From: an uncultured virus (IMG/VR IMGVR_UViG_3300023117_001979)
Taxonomy: Duplodnaviria; Heunggongvirae; Uroviricota; Caudoviricetes
Direction: 5' to 3' (one strand)
Virus record (IMG/VR): IMGVR_UViG_3300023117_001979
DNA length: 64,000 bases
Below are positions 62,623 to 64,000 of this stretch, piece by piece; the stretch's first letter is position 1, and each line of letters opens with the position of its first letter. Under the pieces are notes generated by a model. The model searched no databases. It was given only the letters and a program-made list of their open reading frames with translations, and was not told where the DNA came from. The translations under genes were made by a program, and so were the position numbers.

Positions 62623-64000
62623 ATGACAGTAACTGATGCGACGCAACAGACAAGCCAAAGTGCATTGTCTATGAACATTGAACACGCACAAGTAGTAGCC
62701 AATACAGTTAGGAGTACACTTGGCCCGAAAGGACTAGACAAAATGCTTACCGATGCTGGTGGCCGTGTTACCATTACTAATGACGGTGCTACTATTCTTC
62801 GTAATGTAAACTGGGTCTCACCAATTGCTAAGAAGATTGTTGAGGTTGCTCGTACCCAAGAAGAGCAGTGCTACGATGGGACGACTACGGCAATTATTTT
62901 GACTGCTGAGTTGCTCAAGAAAGCAGAATTACTTCTTGAAAGCGGTGTTCATCCAACTACTATTGTTGAAGGTTATAGGACAGCAGCTTTGAAGAGTAAG
63001 GACTTCCTTACTGAGATGGTAATTGACCCTGATGAAGAAATGCTTCTTGCTATTGCAAAGACCGCTATGACCGGTAAAAGTGCAGAAGGTGAAAGGGATT
63101 TGTTGGCCAAACTTTGCTTAGAAGTCGTCGAAGCATCACGCCCTGAAGCAGTTCATATTATGACACGAACCGGCTCTCCTATTTCCGAATCATTTTCTCC
63201 TAACGGTATTGTCATCGGGCGACAAAAGTTTCATTCTGCTATGCCCACCGAGCTGACACATGTCAAAGTTGCACTTCTTGACGGCGGATTGGAATTGGAA
63301 GCCTTTGGGCAAGGAGTAAATTTGAACCTTGGCTCATATAGCGAGTCACTAGAATACCAAAAGGGCCGAAAAGAAGCCCTAAAGTCAATGGCTGACCATT
63401 TCATTAACTTGGGTGCAAACCTAGTCCTGGTAACGAAAAATATTGACCCATGGATTGCGGAGTACTTTGCTCGCCAAGGCGTTTTAGCTGCTCGTCGATG
63501 CGCTGCCTCTAACTTAGAAGCAGTTGCCCAAGCCACTGACGGTTTGATTGTATCAGGCTATGAAGATTTAGAAGAAAGCGACCTAGGTACTGCCGGTCGC
63601 CTTGAAGAGATTCTCCAAGAAGGCCAGCCACCATTTATGTTGCTTCACGATACTCCTAACAATGATGCCTCTTCTCTTGTTATTTGTGCGCCTACTGAAG
63701 AAGTAGCCAATGAAATCCGCCGAGCGATGGATGATGCTATGGGAGTAGTGTGGGTTGCTAAGAATGAAGGCAAAATTGTTCCTGGCGGTAGCGCTCCTCA
63801 AGTTGAAATGGCTAACCGGCTACGGACTTACGCTGCTTCTGTCGGTGGGCGTGAATCTTTGGCTGTCGAAGCGTTTGCTGATTCACTAGAAATTGTTCCT
63901 AGGACTCTTGCTGAAAATGCGGGCCTATCTCCTATTGACACCCTAATGGAGCTTAGGAAAGCACATAGCAACTCAGATGGAAAGACTTCTAGTATGAGTT
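62623..64000 (+). CDS. ths: Group II chaperonin (thermosome subunit), truncated by the window end; not in ORF track
   Basis: Own translation: TVRSTLGPKGLDKML, ITNDGATIL, EEQCYDGTTT, GVHPTTI, AKTAMTGK, VPGGSAPQ, FADSLEIVPRTLAENAG. Confidence 0.93.
   Translation, partial: MTVTDATQQTSQSALSMNIEHAQVVANTVRSTLGPKGLDKMLTDAGGRVTITNDGATILRNVNWVSPIAKKIVEVARTQEEQCYDGTTTAIILTAELLKKAELLLESGVHPTTIVEGYRTAALKSKDFLTEMVIDPDEEMLLAIAKTAMTGKSAEGERDLLAKLCLEVVEASRPEAVHIMTRTGSPISESFSPNGIVIGRQKFHSAMPTELTHVKVALLDGGLELEAFGQGVNLNLGSYSESLEYQKGRKEALKSMADHFINLGANLVLVTKNIDPWIAEYFARQGVLAARRCAASNLEAVAQATDGLIVSGYEDLEESDLGTAGRLEEILQEGQPPFMLLHDTPNNDASSLVICAPTEEVANEIRRAMDDAMGVVWVAKNEGKIVPGGSAPQVEMANRLRTYAASVGGRESLAVEAFADSLEIVPRTLAENAGLSPIDTLMELRKAHSNSDGKTSSMS

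Noticed and set aside
63231..63801. Minus-strand ORFs near the window end
   Set aside because: They are antisense shadows of the thermosome gene.
1..64000. Head-tailed virus (magrovirus-like) or eukaryotic giant virus
   Set aside because: No terminase, portal, HK97 MCP or tail tube was recognised, and no NCLDV RNA polymerase or capping enzyme. Overlapping operons with GGTGA RBS point to an archaeal host. This judgement is limited to this window.

Overview
The whole window reads as part of one large archaeal virus genome; I see no cellular housekeeping operons. It looks like a tailless, probably membrane-containing icosahedral virus. It has an FtsK/HerA (A32-like) packaging ATPase, one or two candidate single jelly-roll capsid proteins and many small membrane-anchored proteins, and no recognisable terminase, portal or HK97 capsid protein. 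An archaeal host is indicated by a PriS primase, an MCM helicase, a TFB-like protein, a group II chaperonin, a tRNA-Arg(GCG), GGTGA-type ribosome-binding sites and TTTAT boxes; marine Thermoplasmatota/Poseidoniales is an inference. Layout: (i) 0-5.4 kb, minus-strand replication operon (primase, Rad52-like annealase, MCM, putative initiator), preceded by an iteron-like AAGGGTGGAAA repeat field (candidate origin); (ii) 5.9-13.7 kb, regulatory and unknown genes including the TFB-like gene and rusA; (iii) 13.7-47 kb, one long plus-strand block with a transglutaminase-like protease, membrane proteins rich in [LFM]-G motifs, giant modular proteins whose enzymatic domains are separated by Asn-Pro (x-x-NP) linkers, a zincin protease and the ATPase; (iv) 47-62.6 kb, a protamine-like core protein, an Hc1-like protein, tRNA-Arg, capsid candidates and spike proteins; (v) a thermosome gene running off the window end. 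The most striking unexplained signal is the NP-delimited polyprotein system, which may be a protease-processed or targeted set of virion-delivered effectors. All family assignments come from motif recognition by eye, not from database searches.
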